Part shown: piece after piece, positions 39,626 through 50,019 of the stretch | How positions within the stretch are numbered: the first letter of the stretch is position 1 | Layout of the letters: each line of letters opens with the position of its first letter | From: Spirochaetota bacterium | Lineage (GTDB): Bacteria; Spirochaetota; UBA4802; UBA5550 | Direction: 5' to 3' | DNA: 64,000 nt | Assembly: GCA_963664815.2 (NCBI GenBank) | Contig: CAXXHB010000003.1 | Location: 3,872,001 to 3,936,000 of the forward strand | Translations under genes and position numbers: made by a program | Notes under the pieces: generated by a model | The model's input: only the letters and a program-made list of their open reading frames with translations | What the model was told of the DNA's origin: nothing | Databases searched by the model: none

Positions 39626-39841
39626 ATGAAAAGATATGATATACTTCAGGAAATATTTAACAAAGCAGGAACTGACAAGTTCATAACGCTTTATGAACTT
39701 GAAACAGAAACAGGCCTATCCGGCTCTGATCTACGACCCTTGCTTGAAGATTTAAAAGAGGAAAGCCTTGTAATTGAGCATTCTGAAGGTTTCCAGATTT
39801 CTGAAAACGGATTACATTTCTGCAAAAGCCGTTGGGTCTAG
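39626..39841 (+). CDS. Small winged-helix-like hypothetical protein
   Basis: 71 aa; TLYELETETGLSGSDLRPLLEDLKEESLV...FQISENG resembles a wHTH. Confidence 0.6.
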   Translation: MKRYDILQEIFNKAGTDKFITLYELETETGLSGSDLRPLLEDLKEESLVIEHSEGFQISENGLHFCKSRWV

Positions 39842-39910
39842 AAGAATTATCAGAATCACCTGTCTTTATATACACCATGGGTCAAAGCCCAATGAATCAG
39901 GGAGGTTAAT

Positions 39911-40378
39911 ATGCCGGTAGAATGGCTGTCAGAAGAAAAATGTAAGAAAATGCTTGGGCATCAGGTTTATGGAAGAATTGCAACATCGGGAAAGGATAAT
40001 ATCCCCTATATTACACCGGTAAATTACACCTATGCAAACAATGCAATTTACATACATTGTGCCCTCAGAGGAAGAAAACTGGATAATATTGCGAACAATC
40101 CCTCTGTTTGTTTTGAGATAAGCGCACCGGGGAATCTTTACATTGCTGAAAAAGCCTGCGGTTTCAGCATGAGGTATTGGTCAATACTGGTAGAAGGAAA
40201 AGCAGAACTGGTGTCTTCCCCGGGAGAAAAGAGAGATGCAATGAATTTTATCATGAGTAAATACGGCAAAGGATTTGAATATACCGATCCGACTGATGAC
40301 GACCTTGCCAGGGTTAATATATTGAAAATAAACATCGGAAGTATCAGCGGTAAAATGGGAATTGATCCGGAGGTATAG
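39911..40378 (+). CDS. Pyridoxamine 5'-phosphate oxidase-like (NimA-like) flavin-binding protein
   Basis: GRIAT...PYITPVNY...IYIHCALRGRKLDNIANNPSVCFE...YWSILVEG. Confidence 0.88.
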   Translation: MPVEWLSEEKCKKMLGHQVYGRIATSGKDNIPYITPVNYTYANNAIYIHCALRGRKLDNIANNPSVCFEISAPGNLYIAEKACGFSMRYWSILVEGKAELVSSPGEKRDAMNFIMSKYGKGFEYTDPTDDDLARVNILKINIGSISGKMGIDPEV

Positions 40379-40595
40379 GACAGATTCCATCTTTATATAA
40401 TTTTATTGTCTGAACACAAGTATAAGATGCACGGATTAAGAGATATTTTGCCTGCACTCGATGTTGTTAATCATTAAATCATATAATCGTGTTCGGACAT
40501 TCACTCCTCAAATCTTCTAAAAAACATTTATTATGTAACAGTTAATTAATTCATCATACATATTTATATTCACCATAAAAGCGGTGGAGGTAAAT

Positions 40596-40790
40596 ATGAA
40601 GAACGAAAATGTTAATATAAATGATAACCCTATTCTTTCCGGAATTCCAGTGGAGTTTGAAAGTGACGAGCCGTGGAGAAAGGTAAGGTTTTCATGCTCT
40701 GGTGCCGGACGGATTGAAAAGAATTTCGATCTGAAACACCTGAAGTTCATGATAAAAGATAAAGATGATAATTCAGATTATGAAAACTGA
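40596..40790 (+). CDS. Small hypothetical protein
   Basis: Strong RBS GGAGGT before ATG 40596; 64 aa. Confidence 0.5.
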   Translation: MKNENVNINDNPILSGIPVEFESDEPWRKVRFSCSGAGRIEKNFDLKHLKFMIKDKDDNSDYEN

Positions 40791-40800
40791 CTTAACAGAT

Positions 40801-41595
40801 CTATTCAAGGGAGGAGTACAATCTCTCTCCTCTCCTGAATACTTCCAAACCTCTGTTGAACAGAGAGCTGAATATTTTCTTTTCGATAGCTTCATCAATT
40901 GTACCCGTAAAAAAGCACTTCCCATCGTCAATTACAAATATCCTGCTGAAAACTGGTGTGATTTCCTCAACATGGTGAGTAACATAAATTACTGAGTGGC
41001 CTCTTCCTTGCATTATATTTTCAAGCGACTTTAAAAAATCCTCCCTTGCGCATATGTCAAGGCCGGTAGCGGGCTCATCAAGTATCAGTATATCGGGGTC
41101 GTTTATCAGGGCACGCAGCATCAGAACCTTCTGTTTTTCACCGTCAGAGAGGTGTCCTATCACGTCATTTTCTCGTCCGGCAAGCCCGGTCTCTTCAAGC
41201 AAAGAATGGGCTTTCAGAATTTCCGCCTCAGTTGGTTTCCTGTACAATCCTATAGATGCGTAAAGACCGCTTAGAACTGTATCGATAATTCTTTCATTAC
41301 GTTCAAACTTCTCTCGAAGTACGGAGCTTAAATAGCCTATACGTTTCCTGATTTCCCTTATGTCCGTGCCGGGCTGTCTGCAACCGAACCTTGTCACCTT
41401 CCCCTCTGTCTGGAAGAGGTAGCCTGTTATTATCTCCAGCAGTTTTGTCTTGCCGGATCCATTTCTTCCGAAAAGAATCCAGCTCTCACCTCTGCCGATA
41501 TTCCAGTTTATATTTGAAAGTATTCTTCTTTCAGCGCCGTATATGTCGAGCGATACATCTTCAAGGTTTATCATGGCATTTTTCCCTAATGACAC
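40801..41595 (-). CDS. ABC ATP-binding protein (ModF/YlmA-like)
   Basis: Walker A GRNGSGKT, LSDGE signature, ILDEP, VTHH. Confidence 0.9.
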   Translation of the reverse strand: MSLGKNAMINLEDVSLDIYGAERRILSNINWNIGRGESWILFGRNGSGKTKLLEIITGYLFQTEGKVTRFGCRQPGTDIREIRKRIGYLSSVLREKFERNERIIDTVLSGLYASIGLYRKPTEAEILKAHSLLEETGLAGRENDVIGHLSDGEKQKVLMLRALINDPDILILDEPATGLDICAREDFLKSLENIMQGRGHSVIYVTHHVEEITPVFSRIFVIDDGKCFFTGTIDEAIEKKIFSSLFNRGLEVFRRGERLYSSLE

Positions 41596-41778
41596 TGTAA
41601 ATAAACAACGGCAGATAGTTCAAGTAAATAGTATAAAATATTGATCATTTATTTTCAATAGCCTGCTACATAAACTATTCAATGACAGCTGTGAAGATAT
41701 TTACAGGGACATAATAAGATAATTTACATTGACTTTGTCTTTAGAGGATACTTTTTTCACTCAACATTTATACGGAAA

Positions 41779-42522
41779 TTAAATCTCAATCTCCATAAGA
41801 TCTGCTGCAGCAAAAGAGCAGGAGAAGATTTTCTGCACAACGTATTCGGATTCTTTTCTCTTTTCAGCAGTGAGGTATCTTGATGCATCAAAATGCGTAA
41901 GCGCAAGTCTTTTAGTTCCCGACTCCATAGCAATACGCGCCGCTGTTTCAGGATTAAGATGAGGCCAGTCATTATCCTCATGACCCGGAAGAAAAGAACA
42001 TTCAGCAATAAGAAGATCCGAATTCCGTCCCAGTTCAACTGCGTTTTCACAGTAACCTGTATCAATGCATGAGGCCACAATACGGCCATCAAGATTTATT
42101 CTGTATCCCAGACATGGATCGGAATGTACCAGAGGGAGAAATTCCACTTTAAAAGGTATTCTGCTGATATCGAGCGGGAATTCCAGTACTTCTGCTTTGT
42201 ATTTAAGTTCCCTGAATGGAACAGTAAAGGGCCTTCTGACCAGCTGATCTATTACGGCACGTGTCCCGGCCTGTCCTGCGATATAAAGCCCGCTGCTGCA
42301 ATTTATCTTCGAAAGGCCATGAAGCCCGATAATATGATCCATGTGGAAATGGCTCAGGAACAGATAAACAGGTTTTGTGCCGTCGATATATTTATCGAGT
42401 CTGAAAAAACCGTTTCCGGCATCAAACACAATGTCATAGTCAGCAGACTGCAGAAGTGTACATAACGTGCTTCCGGTCTCAGAATCAAACCATCCGTTTG
42501 TACCCAGAAATACAGCTTTCAT
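41779..42522 (-). CDS. Ribonuclease Z-like MBL-fold hydrolase
   Basis: FLGTNG, DAG, SHFHMDH, DTG, HLNP and LTHF motifs. Confidence 0.82.
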   Translation of the reverse strand: MKAVFLGTNGWFDSETGSTLCTLLQSADYDIVFDAGNGFFRLDKYIDGTKPVYLFLSHFHMDHIIGLHGLSKINCSSGLYIAGQAGTRAVIDQLVRRPFTVPFRELKYKAEVLEFPLDISRIPFKVEFLPLVHSDPCLGYRINLDGRIVASCIDTGYCENAVELGRNSDLLIAECSFLPGHEDNDWPHLNPETAARIAMESGTKRLALTHFDASRYLTAEKRKESEYVVQKIFSCSFAAADLMEIEI

Positions 42523-42599
42523 ATAATTATCTCTTTTTTTTATTTTACTCCTGCAGTATCCAGATCCATCCGACAGGTTGGCAATTTCCATAGATTTAG

Positions 42600-43505
42600 C
42601 TATTTTTCCTGTGATTCAAAATCAATACTGTATAGTCTATCACCTATAAAATAAAAAAGCATCTCATAGTGAACAAAAAACTTATCGCAGTACTTCAGTA
42701 TCCTGTAGGAGTTCTGCATGCCGAACCTTGTATCAATCTCAACCCCGTAAAGCGACCCGTCATCAAAACGCACAAGGAATGAATCATCACGCTTCGGGTA
42801 GAAATCCATGGCAGTAATTGTTTTATCCGGCGTGTACACCTGTTTCTTTGACATCGTATTTATGAAAAACGGAAGCTGTTCTTTTTTACCAGTCCATCTT
42901 ACATACAGTTTATTCCCCTCATTAGACAGGAATACCTTGTCTTTAAGTCGCCTCATCGGCCCCAGTTTAAGCGCAGCAATCTCCCTGCTGTTCCATACCG
43001 GGAATATGCTCTTGGCTGGCTTCTTTGACTCCTTGTAAAGTTTAACTACATCTGTATATTCATCGTTGGATTCAGTTTTTGCACGCTTTTTACTCTTTTT
43101 GGCAGGATCAGTTTTTTTAGCCGGGAGATATTCAGGTATCTCCACAACTTTAAACTCCGAAGGGACAAGAAGCGGGAAACACACCTCAACAAGCTGTTCC
43201 TGTATCTTAACATATTTTACCCACTGGCGGAACCCGTCCTTTTCAACATTCACAGTATAAGTTCCGGGTTTAATATCCTGGACGAGAATATTACGATCTA
43301 TCAAACCTGCCGACTTTTTTCTTTTACCATTTAAAAGCACCCAGACACCAGGTTCACTGTTTGAAACGTAAAGCCCGCCGGTTTTAACAATTTTAAAATC
43401 CTTTGATACGCGGTAACCGAATGAATAGGCTATTATTACAGGTATAACAACAACAAACACTCCGAAGAGTGCAAGTATATATCTGAACTGCTGCTTTGGT
43501 GTCAT
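42600..43505 (-). CDS. PEGA domain membrane-anchored protein
   Basis: N-terminal TM, then YSFGYR...KTGGLYVSNSEPGVWVLLNGK...IKPGTYTVNVEKDGFRQW. GGAG before ATG 43505. Confidence 0.8.
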   Translation of the reverse strand: MTPKQQFRYILALFGVFVVVIPVIIAYSFGYRVSKDFKIVKTGGLYVSNSEPGVWVLLNGKRKKSAGLIDRNILVQDIKPGTYTVNVEKDGFRQWVKYVKIQEQLVEVCFPLLVPSEFKVVEIPEYLPAKKTDPAKKSKKRAKTESNDEYTDVVKLYKESKKPAKSIFPVWNSREIAALKLGPMRRLKDKVFLSNEGNKLYVRWTGKKEQLPFFINTMSKKQVYTPDKTITAMDFYPKRDDSFLVRFDDGSLYGVEIDTRFGMQNSYRILKYCDKFFVHYEMLFYFIGDRLYSIDFESQEK

Positions 43506-43634
43506 AATATCTCCGTAAAATCGTAATCGCCACACATTACTGGTGAGCCGGGATTGGTGTTAAGTGTCTAGGGAGTGACGCACCCGCACTTTTTTTATCT
43601 GCGCAGTATAAAGCGCTGCCCGACAAACAAAATA

Positions 43635-45239
43635 TCATTCGACACGGTGTTTCGGCGTAACCCAGAACCCCATATACCTTCCAAACATAAGCCTGGTCTG
43701 AGCATCAAGCGCCGGGATAGCGCCGAAAATGGTAATTGTTACCGGCACAAGAAGCCACTGTATTATATGATAAAACTTTTTAGGTCTTTTCTTTGTTTCA
43801 GGAACACTCGGCATAAGGCTCACTGCCACCATTGATGAAAGTATAAGATTGCTCATGGTTATCATCATTATATCCCTTGTAATGTACGGAAGATTAAAAC
43901 TGAGCATGGTGGTGTTAAATTCCCTCCCCCCCAGCATAATAGGCAGCCAGCCGAGAAGAAATATCATAAGTGGATTTGTTGCAAGAGACCAGTAGCCGTC
44001 AACATTTACTATAAAGATTTTGAATTTTTCCCGTTTTGGAATATTTTTATTCTTCGCGAAATTAAACATTATATACGCAAAATTCTCAACCCCATAGGCC
44101 CATCTTCTCTGCTGCTTGTAGATATTCTTCATTGTCTGCCAGAATGAATGAGCGAGATTGGCGTCCATCGAAACAGGGTAGGCCATCGGTGTTACGATAT
44201 AGTTACCGTCAAACTTCATGTAGCAGTTCCAGAATATCCTTGAATCCTCGCTTACCATATTGCTCTGCCAGTAACCTACATTGAGAAGTGTACTGAAAGG
44301 CACCGAATGGGAACTGAATGTGGCCATACGCTTCTGCCGCTCCTGCTGAACCATCTGCCAGAAAGTCCCGGAAAATGCAACCACGCGAGATACTGCCGGA
44401 GCTTCAAAGATATTGTTGTTGAATACAGGTACCGGCTGAAACGATGTATTATAGGGGTTTTCGCTGGCAAGAAACATCCATGTAAGACAGGAGAAATACT
44501 GACTGTACACTATTGTGTCAATGTCGAATGCAGACACAAGAACATCCTTATAGGAGATCTTCTTTTTATCGAGTACAAGTTTCCTTGCCTCTTCGGCGGC
44601 ATAGGCTATATTGGATCCTTTGCCGGCCATTTCACCGGCAATACCGTCTGGATGAACCGTAACGACAAAATACCCGAACTCCTTCCCGTATTTCTTCTTC
44701 ATCCTCTCCGCAATTTCCAGAGGTTCATGCCCAGCCCTCGCCTCGGCTGCCAGTACGATTATAAACCGTTTACTGTTGTATTCACTTTCAAGGAGAGACT
44801 TCAGTGTCTTCTCAATTATCTTTTCATCCTCCCTGTAAAAAGGGAGCATAATCATATGATATATATGATCGTATTTAAAGTTCACAAGTCTCCCGGTCCA
44901 ATCGGCGGCCATATGTTCCTTGATGCGCTTCCAGTTTTCCTTAAGGTGAATGGAGAGATATGCAGTTTTTAAAAGCCAGAAAACGTCAAAAGCTATAATA
45001 AAGATAGCAGTATAAAGAGGATAGAGATATGAGAAAACAACAGCCAGTATTATCGTTAGCCATGATAAAGCGCCGGGGAGAATTTCATAAAACCTGTAAA
45101 GGAGATAATCCCTGCCAGAAACTTCATCCCCTCTCCCAATCCTGTAGTTTTCATATATATATTCTTCTGGCACTTTAACTCTCCCTTCATTCAATTGTTT
45201 TCTATTCCTGAACTCTTTTTTCGGGGCGGTATTAAACAC
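43635..45239 (-). CDS. Membrane glycosyltransferase family 2 (processive type)
   Basis: LPFYRE, GKGSN, FDID, SED and QQRRW motifs; N- and C-terminal TM helices. Confidence 0.9.
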   Translation of the reverse strand: MFNTAPKKEFRNRKQLNEGRVKVPEEYIYENYRIGRGDEVSGRDYLLYRFYEILPGALSWLTIILAVVFSYLYPLYTAIFIIAFDVFWLLKTAYLSIHLKENWKRIKEHMAADWTGRLVNFKYDHIYHMIMLPFYREDEKIIEKTLKSLLESEYNSKRFIIVLAAEARAGHEPLEIAERMKKKYGKEFGYFVVTVHPDGIAGEMAGKGSNIAYAAEEARKLVLDKKKISYKDVLVSAFDIDTIVYSQYFSCLTWMFLASENPYNTSFQPVPVFNNNIFEAPAVSRVVAFSGTFWQMVQQERQKRMATFSSHSVPFSTLLNVGYWQSNMVSEDSRIFWNCYMKFDGNYIVTPMAYPVSMDANLAHSFWQTMKNIYKQQRRWAYGVENFAYIMFNFAKNKNIPKREKFKIFIVNVDGYWSLATNPLMIFLLGWLPIMLGGREFNTTMLSFNLPYITRDIMMITMSNLILSSMVAVSLMPSVPETKKRPKKFYHIIQWLLVPVTITIFGAIPALDAQTRLMFGRYMGFWVTPKHRVE

Positions 45240-45422
45240 ATTACACCATGACAGTTATAAATAAAATATTTGATAATGTTTTCTGTCAAGAATTTGTATT
45301 AAAAAATGTATTTTAAAGCCGCATAACAAAATTTACTTCAAGTTCCTTCTTGACAAAAAAATAATGTATATTCAAATATTGGGAATTCAAATAAAAAATT
45401 TTAAAAAAGATAAGGAGATTAT

Positions 45423-45959
45423 ATGAAACGTAATTTTGCTGTAGCCGCCGGTTCTATTCTAATCATGATTGCGGGTTTTATTTCTGTCAGCGCACTAAAT
45501 GTTAACGATGTTGTATCAAATGTTAACATCAAGGATGCAAACGACAAACCTGCACAAATTCCATTTTTAGGCCAGAAGGTTCTTACTATTGTTTACTGTG
45601 ATACAGATACTTCAGATATAAGCGATCCTATTTCAGATGCGCTTAAAGCAAAAAATTTCCCCGAAGCCAAACAGAAGGGTATCGGTGTTGCCAATCTTAA
45701 AAACTCTGCAGCGCCTAACTTCTTAATCAGAAAGATAATACAGAAGAAAATCGCGAAATATAATTCAACAATTCTTACAGATGACAGTCTTATTCTTCCG
45801 GCAGCGTGGGGCCTCGGAAATGTAGATGACAAATCTGTTGTTATGATTATTGGCGCTGATAAAAAAGTTAAATTCATTAAATATTTCACAAAAAACAACA
45901 AACCGACACAGGCAGACATCGACGCGTGTGTTAACCTTATGGCAAGCCTTACAAAATAA
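45423..45959 (+). CDS. YtfJ-like secreted thioredoxin-fold protein
   Basis: Signal peptide; GQKVLTIVYCD...GIGVANLK...ILTDDS...WGLG; AAGGAG RBS. Confidence 0.6.
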   Translation: MKRNFAVAAGSILIMIAGFISVSALNVNDVVSNVNIKDANDKPAQIPFLGQKVLTIVYCDTDTSDISDPISDALKAKNFPEAKQKGIGVANLKNSAAPNFLIRKIIQKKIAKYNSTILTDDSLILPAAWGLGNVDDKSVVMIIGADKKVKFIKYFTKNNKPTQADIDACVNLMASLTK

Positions 45960-46306
45960 TCTGATTCTAAGATAGAGTATATCCCTCTTCGCGCGGCACT
46001 GGTTAAAATGATAATCACTCCCCGCGAAGAGGATATCAAAACCCCTGGCGTTCCCGGTTTAAAATCACTTTACTTTACCACACTTTCAAATCTTATACTC
46101 ACACTGTTATTATTCCCGGCGCTGCTTCACAATAGCGCATTATTCCATAAAAAATATTTTGACAAATATCGAGCCGGTTTAATCATTATTACTCTTTACG
46201 TGTTCATACGTAAAAAACCGGGCCGGAGTTTGTGCATCAGTAAAATGATTTACTATAAACCCTGCTCCGGTTGAATCAGCCGATCAAATAACAAAAAGGA
46301 AATGGC

Positions 46307-46969
46307 ATGAAAGTAACAGGCGAAGTATACGCATATATATGGAAGGGAGTTTTTGACAACAACTGCAACAGTTTTTATTTTGGAGAACCGCTGAACATCC
46401 TCTTTGATCCCGGTCTTAAAAACTATACTGATTCCCTTCTCAAACAGATGGAGGCGGATGGTGTTGATATTGAAAAGATGGGGTTTGTCATAAACACTCA
46501 CAGCCATCCCGATCATGTGGAGGGAACAATAAATTTTACAAAATACGATATTCCTGCCGGCATGCACAGGGAGGAAATTAAATACTACAGGGAGCATGGA
46601 CCTGACTTCTACAACTGGATGGGGATGGAGTTTCAGGAGATAAAATTTGACATTGAACTCGAAGAGGGTTATCTTCAGATCGGTGATGTGGAACTTGAAG
46701 TTTACAAAACGCCCGGGCACTCCCCCGCCTCTGTATGTATATACTGGAGAGAAAAAAAGGTGCTTGTCTGCGGCGACCTTATTTTCAATAACAGTTTCGG
46801 AAGATTCGATTTCCCTGGTGGAAACGCCGAATTGCTTAAAGAGAGTATCCGGAAGATTTCACAGCTTGACATCGAGTATCTGCTCCCGGGGCATATGGAT
46901 ATAGTTGTCGGGAAGGAAAACGTTGAAAAAAATTTCAGGCAGGTGATGGAATACTTTCAGCATTTTTAA
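46307..46969 (+). CDS. MBL-fold metallo-hydrolase (glyoxalase II-like)
   Basis: THSHPDH, TPGHSP, GDLIF and LPGH motifs. Confidence 0.9.
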   Translation: MKVTGEVYAYIWKGVFDNNCNSFYFGEPLNILFDPGLKNYTDSLLKQMEADGVDIEKMGFVINTHSHPDHVEGTINFTKYDIPAGMHREEIKYYREHGPDFYNWMGMEFQEIKFDIELEEGYLQIGDVELEVYKTPGHSPASVCIYWREKKVLVCGDLIFNNSFGRFDFPGGNAELLKESIRKISQLDIEYLLPGHMDIVVGKENVEKNFRQVMEYFQHF

Positions 46970-47075
46970 CAAGCTTCAAAGGAAGGATACATCGCCTTCC
47001 GGGCAACATGCCCATACAAAAAGCATCAGTGTTTGCAGTTATGCCCCCTGCTTCCGCTTCTTTCTGGTTCATCCA

Positions 47076-47107
47076 CATGTGCCGTTTGTTTGATAAACCG
47101 GCACATG
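47076..47107. terminator. Hairpin between convergent genes
   Basis: CATGTGCCG...CGGCACATG, 9-bp stem. Confidence 0.5.
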
Positions 47108-47118
47108 CAGTGCATAAA

Positions 47119-48549
47119 TTAAAAGCATCCCCCCCAGGAGAGGCTTATTGATGTCCTTTTAAAGGAATTTCCGCTATCGGTATCATCAACATACTCAACC
47201 CTTTTCCAGTCAAAACCGATAAAAGAATCTTTGTTATATCTATACATCAACTTGGCACCATACCCGAAATAATCCGAATCATACATCTGGATAAGATCAA
47301 ACCCGTAATTCAGATTAGCTGCAATATAAAAATTTCCCAGTCTCAAGCCGGCACCGGCAGAAAAATTATATATAAATATATCATACCATCCGAATTCCAG
47401 GTTGTATGAAAAAATGCCCCATCCCCTGCCAACATAGCCAAGATCCAGACCTATTAACGTACTGAAATCCTCGGTATATTCTTCATCATTATAGTTAAAT
47501 GTATTCTGATTTTTGTATTTCGATTCGTATTCTATTTTTCCAGCCGTTAAAGCAGCGTAACCGAATCCACCGGATGAATAATCCGGGGAAATGCATCCGC
47601 CCAGTTTTTTATTTAATGAAATGCCCTGAAGTTTAAATGAAGCTCTGCTTGTCTCTCCCTGTTTAACATTTACATACTGTGATGAATCTTCATAATCTGT
47701 TTTTTTTACAGTGACCAGCACCCTGTTTTTTTCAGGCGGAATGATTATATTGCCACAGGGGGTTTTTTCGCTCTGGTGAACACCGTCAATATATATGTCT
47801 GCTTCGGATGGATCTGAATCGACAAACAATTTCTGGTTATCCACATTAAAGAAAACATTCTTCGTTTCTTTATTCTTCAGGGTCACAGTCTGATATGAGA
47901 TAATCTCATCCGAGAATACCCATACATAATAGTTGCCGGCAGGAAGCTTGTCTATTTTTCCGTCGGTTTTTGTGCCGGTCATCCCGTATGCGTAAATAAT
48001 CAATGAAAAAGTTACCTGTTTCTCGTTAAATTCCGGGTTAAGGATGGCCTTTATAGTCAAATCTTTTATATAATCTTTATCAGCAATCGAGCCCCCCTGC
48101 TTTTTCACAAGCTCCCGGAGCAGATCATACCATTCCTCCTGATTAACCACGAAAATCATAGATTCTTTCGATGCCTTAACCGTTAAAGCTGATCCCCCTT
48201 TTTTCTTTGTAAAAAGACTGTCCTCTTTTGTTATCTCCTTCTCAATACCGGCTTTATACCTGAACACTTTCATACCGGATTCGACCCGGGGTAAAAAGGC
48301 TCTGTATTCCGGGTCAAGCTGGCATTTTGTAATTGTCATCATGGGAAACGTTGCCGACATGATGACTGCCTTATTACCTATAATGACGAAAAGTTTATCA
48401 CCCATGCTGACATCTTTTGCCCTTATTATTATCTCTTTTTTTGATTTGTCAATATTATGAACAGTTCCTATCTCAGTCAGAGCCCACAGACCCGGCGTAA
48501 GAATAAAAAGAAAAAGAAAAATAATACATATGTATCGCAAGAATCTCAC
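47119..48549 (-). CDS. Secreted PEGA-domain protein with probable C-terminal beta-barrel
   Basis: Signal peptide; LFVDSDPSEADIYIDG...KTP...VKKTDYED (PEGA); aromatic alternating strands; terminal Phe. Confidence 0.7.
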   Translation of the reverse strand: MRFLRYICIIFLFLFILTPGLWALTEIGTVHNIDKSKKEIIIRAKDVSMGDKLFVIIGNKAVIMSATFPMMTITKCQLDPEYRAFLPRVESGMKVFRYKAGIEKEITKEDSLFTKKKGGSALTVKASKESMIFVVNQEEWYDLLRELVKKQGGSIADKDYIKDLTIKAILNPEFNEKQVTFSLIIYAYGMTGTKTDGKIDKLPAGNYYVWVFSDEIISYQTVTLKNKETKNVFFNVDNQKLFVDSDPSEADIYIDGVHQSEKTPCGNIIIPPEKNRVLVTVKKTDYEDSSQYVNVKQGETSRASFKLQGISLNKKLGGCISPDYSSGGFGYAALTAGKIEYESKYKNQNTFNYNDEEYTEDFSTLIGLDLGYVGRGWGIFSYNLEFGWYDIFIYNFSAGAGLRLGNFYIAANLNYGFDLIQMYDSDYFGYGAKLMYRYNKDSFIGFDWKRVEYVDDTDSGNSFKRTSISLSWGGCF

Positions 48550-49104
48550 TATATTAACTCCGGTAAAATTTTATATTTTTTGCAGAGATCCCGTGTAAAA
48601 CATTCACGACATCCTTTAACACTTCTTCTCTATGAGACACCACAGAACACAAACCTGCATTTATTAATATTTTAATGCATATCTTCCCAAAAATGAAAGA
48701 TTCTTTAAATCAAATAATATTTATTTAAAACTTGTTCCAGGATTTATGAATTACAATAACTTTTTCAGTGGAACCGGAGTTTAGTAAAAAAAAGTATGGT
48801 CAATTGCTGATATGACAGAAATTGACTATGCCACAATCAGCACTGACATTGTTCTGATAAAAAAAGCATGGTTCATGTAATAATCCGTTGAAGAAAATGG
48901 CTATAGAGAATGATTGACAATTATAGTTTTTGTTTGTATCTGTTAAATCAATGAACAGAATAAAAAAATCATTCAGCAGATATTTGCATTTATACAAATT
49001 TTATGGTTATGGCAATCCTGAAACTTTTCAAGATTGTTATAAACTGTTTTGTTCTTCCCGATTTTCCCCGGATAACAATATAATTATTAATCATGAGGTT
49101 TGAC

Positions 49105-49818
49105 ATGAATTATAAAAAAGTTACTATATCCTCCGGCATTTTAATTATAATATGTTTTGCCTGTTATGAGTTGATGAATTCAAGGAACTTTCAGTTATTC
49201 GGCCGGATATACAGTATGAATAAAGTTAACGAAAAAGTCGCAGCACTGACCTTTGATGATGGACCTCTACCGGTCTATACGGATAAAATTCTTACAATAC
49301 TTTCAAAAGAAAATGTTAAAGGTACATTTTACCTCACCGGCAATGAAATAAAATCCGACAGAAATGATGCATTAAAAATTGTGCTGGCGGGGCACGAGAT
49401 TGGTAATCATTCATATTCCCATAAACGGATGATCTTCAGGTCGTGGAATTTTATTAAAACCGAAATTGAAGCCACTGACTCTCTCATAAAGAGTATAGGG
49501 TACAATAAAATTACAACCTTCAGACCACCCTACTGCAAAAAACTATTCCTTTTGCCATTATACATGGCAATGAATAATCGGATCACCATTACATGCAATA
49601 TTGAACCTGATTCGGATTCAGCTCTTTCAAGTAATTCATTAAAAATGGTTGATTATGTAAGTGAGCACATCCAGCCGGGCTCAATTATTCTTTTTCATGT
49701 TATGAATAAAAGCAGAAGTGAATCATTAAATGCAGTTGAACCTGTTATCAGATCTTTAAAGTCAAAGGGGTATAGCTTTGTAACAGTCTCCCGGTTGATG
49801 GAATATAAGTCATATTAA
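49105..49818 (+). CDS. Polysaccharide deacetylase (NodB family)
   Basis: ALTFDDGP, GHEIGNHSYSH, FRPPY and IILFH motifs. Confidence 0.92.
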   Translation: MNYKKVTISSGILIIICFACYELMNSRNFQLFGRIYSMNKVNEKVAALTFDDGPLPVYTDKILTILSKENVKGTFYLTGNEIKSDRNDALKIVLAGHEIGNHSYSHKRMIFRSWNFIKTEIEATDSLIKSIGYNKITTFRPPYCKKLFLLPLYMAMNNRITITCNIEPDSDSALSSNSLKMVDYVSEHIQPGSIILFHVMNKSRSESLNAVEPVIRSLKSKGYSFVTVSRLMEYKSY

Positions 49819-50019
49819 ACTCCGGGTCTTACATATACCGGATTCATATAACGGCCACTGTCTGCCTTACATGGATCATAAGATTTCTTGCTCCCAGCAT
49901 GCTACGACTCTTTATACTATATAATACAGCCATCATTTCTTAAAATGAAAGCTTTAATTTGCAGGGTGTACAATTTATAACAGAATATTCAGCATCAGAA
50001 AGATATAATAAAAACAGAA

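Noticed and set aside
46190-46252. Hairpins (TTTACG/CGTAAA; CCGGAG/CTCCGG) in the leader of the MBL gene as a riboswitch
   Set aside because: Short stems with no match to a riboswitch family I can recognise; cannot be supported without covariation data.
49967-49985. TGTACAATTTATAACAGAA as a fourth copy of the AraC-associated palindrome
   Set aside because: Only a partial left half matches, the spacing differs, the TGGAC arm is absent, and it lies between convergent gene ends.
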